A DNA stretch of 64,000 bases, taken from positions 20,466-84,465 of IMG/VR virus record IMGVR_UViG_3300032331_000813; one strand, 5' to 3'. Source of the DNA: a virus. The notes beneath the pieces were generated by a model that was not told the DNA's origin, made no database searches, and was given only the letters and a program-made list of their open reading frames with translations. This document shows, one piece after another, positions 61,853-64,000 of this stretch (position 1 is its first letter; the number at the start of each line of letters is the position of its first letter). The translations under genes were made by a program, and so were the position numbers.

Positions 61853-62614
61853 ATGAAAACTTACCGATCAATATTCGTATCAGATGTACATCTTGGTACG
61901 AAAGATAGTCAAGCTGAAAAATTAAATAACTTTTTAAAACACAATTCATGTGACACATTATACTTAGTAGGAGATATAATTGATGCTTGGAAAATACAAC
62001 AAAACAAATGGCGATGGAAACAAAGCCACACTAATGTGGTCCGTCGTGTTCTCGGTCATGCTAAACGCGGCACTCGTGTTGTTTATATTGCAGGTAATCA
62101 CGATGAATTTTTAAGACCTATGTTACCTTATGGGTTCAGTTTTGGACTTGTTGAGATACATAATCAAATAGAGCATATAGGTGCAGATGGCAAACATTAT
62201 CTTGTAGTACACGGAGACTTGTTTGACGGTATAACCAGATTAGCACCCTGGATAAGTTTTTTAGGAGACAGAGCATATGATTTCATTTTATCGCTTAATA
62301 GCAGATTTAATTGGGTGCGCCATCGCTTTGGTTTTGGGTACTTTAGTCTTAGTCAATATCTCAAAGCAAGAGTAAAGAAAGCTGTAGACTTTATATTCCA
62401 CTTTGAAAAGAACCTTGCTGACTATTGCAAGAAGCGTGGGTTTGATGGTGTAATCTGTGGACACATTCACCATGCTGAGATTAAAAATATAGACGGTATA
62501 GCTTATATGAATGACGGTGATTGGGTCGAAAGTTGCACAGCACTAGTAGAACACCATGATGGTCGTTGGGAAATTATAATTTGGACAAAGGAGAAAGACA
62601 ATGCTATTCAGTGA
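61853..62614 (+). CDS. calcineurin-like metallophosphoesterase, PlcP / LpxH (UDP-2,3-diacylglucosamine hydrolase) family
   Basis: SDVHLG, VGDIID, GNHDE, HGD, CGHIH and YMNDGDWVES. GNHD (rather than the GNRD of E. coli LpxH) and the pstS context favour a PlcP-type phospholipase. Confidence 0.8.
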   Translation: MKTYRSIFVSDVHLGTKDSQAEKLNNFLKHNSCDTLYLVGDIIDAWKIQQNKWRWKQSHTNVVRRVLGHAKRGTRVVYIAGNHDEFLRPMLPYGFSFGLVEIHNQIEHIGADGKHYLVVHGDLFDGITRLAPWISFLGDRAYDFILSLNSRFNWVRHRFGFGYFSLSQYLKARVKKAVDFIFHFEKNLADYCKKRGFDGVICGHIHHAEIKNIDGIAYMNDGDWVESCTALVEHHDGRWEIIIWTKEKDNAIQ

Positions 62615-63311
62615 TAAAATCACTATCGTAATTCCTTGTAAGAATGAGGAAAACTATATTCCTTACCTGTTGACACATTTACAAAATCAAATGATAGGTA
62701 GTACTAGAATCATCATTGCAGATTGTTCAACAGATAACACCCGAGAAGTTATACATGCTACTAAAGGCAATTTGAATATAGAAATCATAGATGGTGGCCC
62801 TGTATCAGTTGCCAAGAATAATGGAGCACGATTAGCTACTACTCCATACATATTATTCATTGACGCTGATGTACGCTTCTTCAAGGATACTGTTATCCGT
62901 GATGCAGTTAATGATATTGAATCTAAAAACTTAGATTTAATTGGGTTAAACATCAAATGTTATGATAATGACAAGAGAGCAATGCTTGGATTTATGATTT
63001 TCAATGGGATCAATCATATATTAAAATTTATCTCTCCATTTGCAGTAGGTGCATTCATGCTAACTCGCAGAGATAAGTTTATAGAGTATGGTGGATTTCC
63101 TGAACAATTTTCAACATCAGAGGACTATTTTTTATCTAGGAAATATAACCCTAAGAAGTTTAAAATCGTAAAACACTATTTTGGACAAGATAGTCGTAGA
63201 TTTAAAAAGATGGGATATTTAGGTATGACCAAATATCTTGTTAAGAACTTTATTAACCGTAACAATAAACAATATTGGGACAGTTTAGACTCAAGCAAAT
63301 ATTGGAATTAG
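62601..63311 (+). CDS. family 2 glycosyltransferase
   Basis: IVIPCKNEE, IIADCSTDNT, AKNNGA, LFIDAD, GGF...EDY, and SRRF. Confidence 0.88.
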   Translation: MLFSDKITIVIPCKNEENYIPYLLTHLQNQMIGSTRIIIADCSTDNTREVIHATKGNLNIEIIDGGPVSVAKNNGARLATTPYILFIDADVRFFKDTVIRDAVNDIESKNLDLIGLNIKCYDNDKRAMLGFMIFNGINHILKFISPFAVGAFMLTRRDKFIEYGGFPEQFSTSEDYFLSRKYNPKKFKIVKHYFGQDSRRFKKMGYLGMTKYLVKNFINRNNKQYWDSLDSSKYWN

Positions 63312-63952
63312 CGTTTCATTAAATCGTTAGTAAAGTCTAACAATAATTCATGCTGGGCACCGCCGTGCCACTTGCCCTTCATGTAACTATAGCTATCATA
63401 CCAGAACTGTTCACTTTCAGGATGGCAACCAATCAGTCCTATGCGCTTTTGATAGATGGCCATTGCATCACCATTTGCGTATGTAGCAACTGTTTTGAAT
63501 TTATGTCTGTTACCAACTAGTGAGCATCCGTCATAGAAGAACATGTTCATGGGTTCATCTTTCCATGTTATAGCTAAATTTTTAGCATGTGGTCTGCGTG
63601 TATCAGTATTAGGCTGCTTGATATACTGTACCGCATCAACTTCATCCAGTACATTCAAGTAATGACTGCCTGCCCAATATGCGCCCATACAGATACCTAA
63701 GTATCTACCGCCACCATGGATGAAATCTTTTACTCGTTTTCCGTTGTTTTTAAAAAGTTGCTTGAATGTGTCACTATCACCTATCCCTCCTGGAATAGCA
63801 ATCATATCTACCCCATCAAAAAAATCGTATTCTAATCTGTTTTTACTAAAGATTTTGAAGTTATAATATTCACTTAAAGCCTTCATCATCCCGTTTCCTG
63901 ATTGGACGGAGCATTTTGGGTCGTACAAGAATAATGCGATTGTGGGTTTCAC
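63308..63952 (-). CDS. BPL_N-like (biotin-protein-ligase N-terminal) class I glutamine amidotransferase-fold protein
   Basis: IPGG, GGRYLGICMGAY (nucleophile Cys elbow) and HPE; GTG start; convergent 4-nt overlap with the GT2 gene. Confidence 0.75.
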   Translation of the reverse strand: MKPTIALFLYDPKCSVQSGNGMMKALSEYYNFKIFSKNRLEYDFFDGVDMIAIPGGIGDSDTFKQLFKNNGKRVKDFIHGGGRYLGICMGAYWAGSHYLNVLDEVDAVQYIKQPNTDTRRPHAKNLAITWKDEPMNMFFYDGCSLVGNRHKFKTVATYANGDAMAIYQKRIGLIGCHPESEQFWYDSYSYMKGKWHGGAQHELLLDFTNDLMKR

Positions 63953-63957
63953 AATCT

Positions 63958-63965
63958 TATTTATA
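63958..63965 (-). promoter_or_regulatory. T4-type late promoter (TATAAATA) on the minus strand
   Basis: TATTTATA on the + strand, 5 nt from the GTG start of the BPL_N-like gene. Confidence 0.6.
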
Positions 63966-64000
63966 GTTGGGAAAAACTATTGACATAAATACCTATAGGG

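Noticed and set aside
33386-63952. Bacterial chromosomal biosynthetic or metabolic region, or a phage-host chimera
   Set aside because: The genes are continuous with the phage structural block, share its AT richness, overlaps and TAAATA motifs, and the host-like genes are isolated picks (pstS without pstCAB, pqqA without pqqB-E). No integrase or att junction is visible.

Overview
This AT-rich, gene-dense window, almost all on the + strand, comes from a large myovirus-type (T4-superfamily-like or jumbo) phage. Its host-derived genes suggest a betaproteobacterial host (inference). It has four blocks. (1) 1-33337 is a baseplate/tail module: the 5'-truncated end of a probable hub/spike gene, gp25-like and gp6-like wedge genes, a 7756-aa giant virion protein, a fibre with an autocleaving chaperone, and two paralogous Ser/Thr-rich virion proteins. 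The giant protein contains small modules inserted inside one another like nested brackets. (2) 33386-57857 is a ~24.5-kb run of overlapping genes with late-type promoter motifs. It encodes glycosyltransferase-like proteins, five SPASM/twitch radical SAM enzymes, a B12 radical SAM enzyme, an NDP-sugar epimerase, an FkbM methyltransferase, a DegT aminotransferase, an amidinotransferase, a 2OG-Fe(II)-like fusion, an SGNH-like protein, a carbamoyltransferase and a 1457-aa repeat protein. This set parallels aminoglycoside biosynthesis and may decorate the virion (inference). (3) 57854-59070 holds small ORFs and a circularly permuted (two-piece) tmRNA whose intervening segment folds as a tRNA-like cloverleaf. 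(4) 59178-63952 holds auxiliary genes: a 24-aa PqqA peptide missing from the ORF track, cytochrome c, a porin, a Pho-box-preceded PstS, a PlcP/LpxH-family phosphoesterase, a GT2 glycosyltransferase and a BPL_N-like protein. All family calls come from motif recognition by eye; no database search was run.
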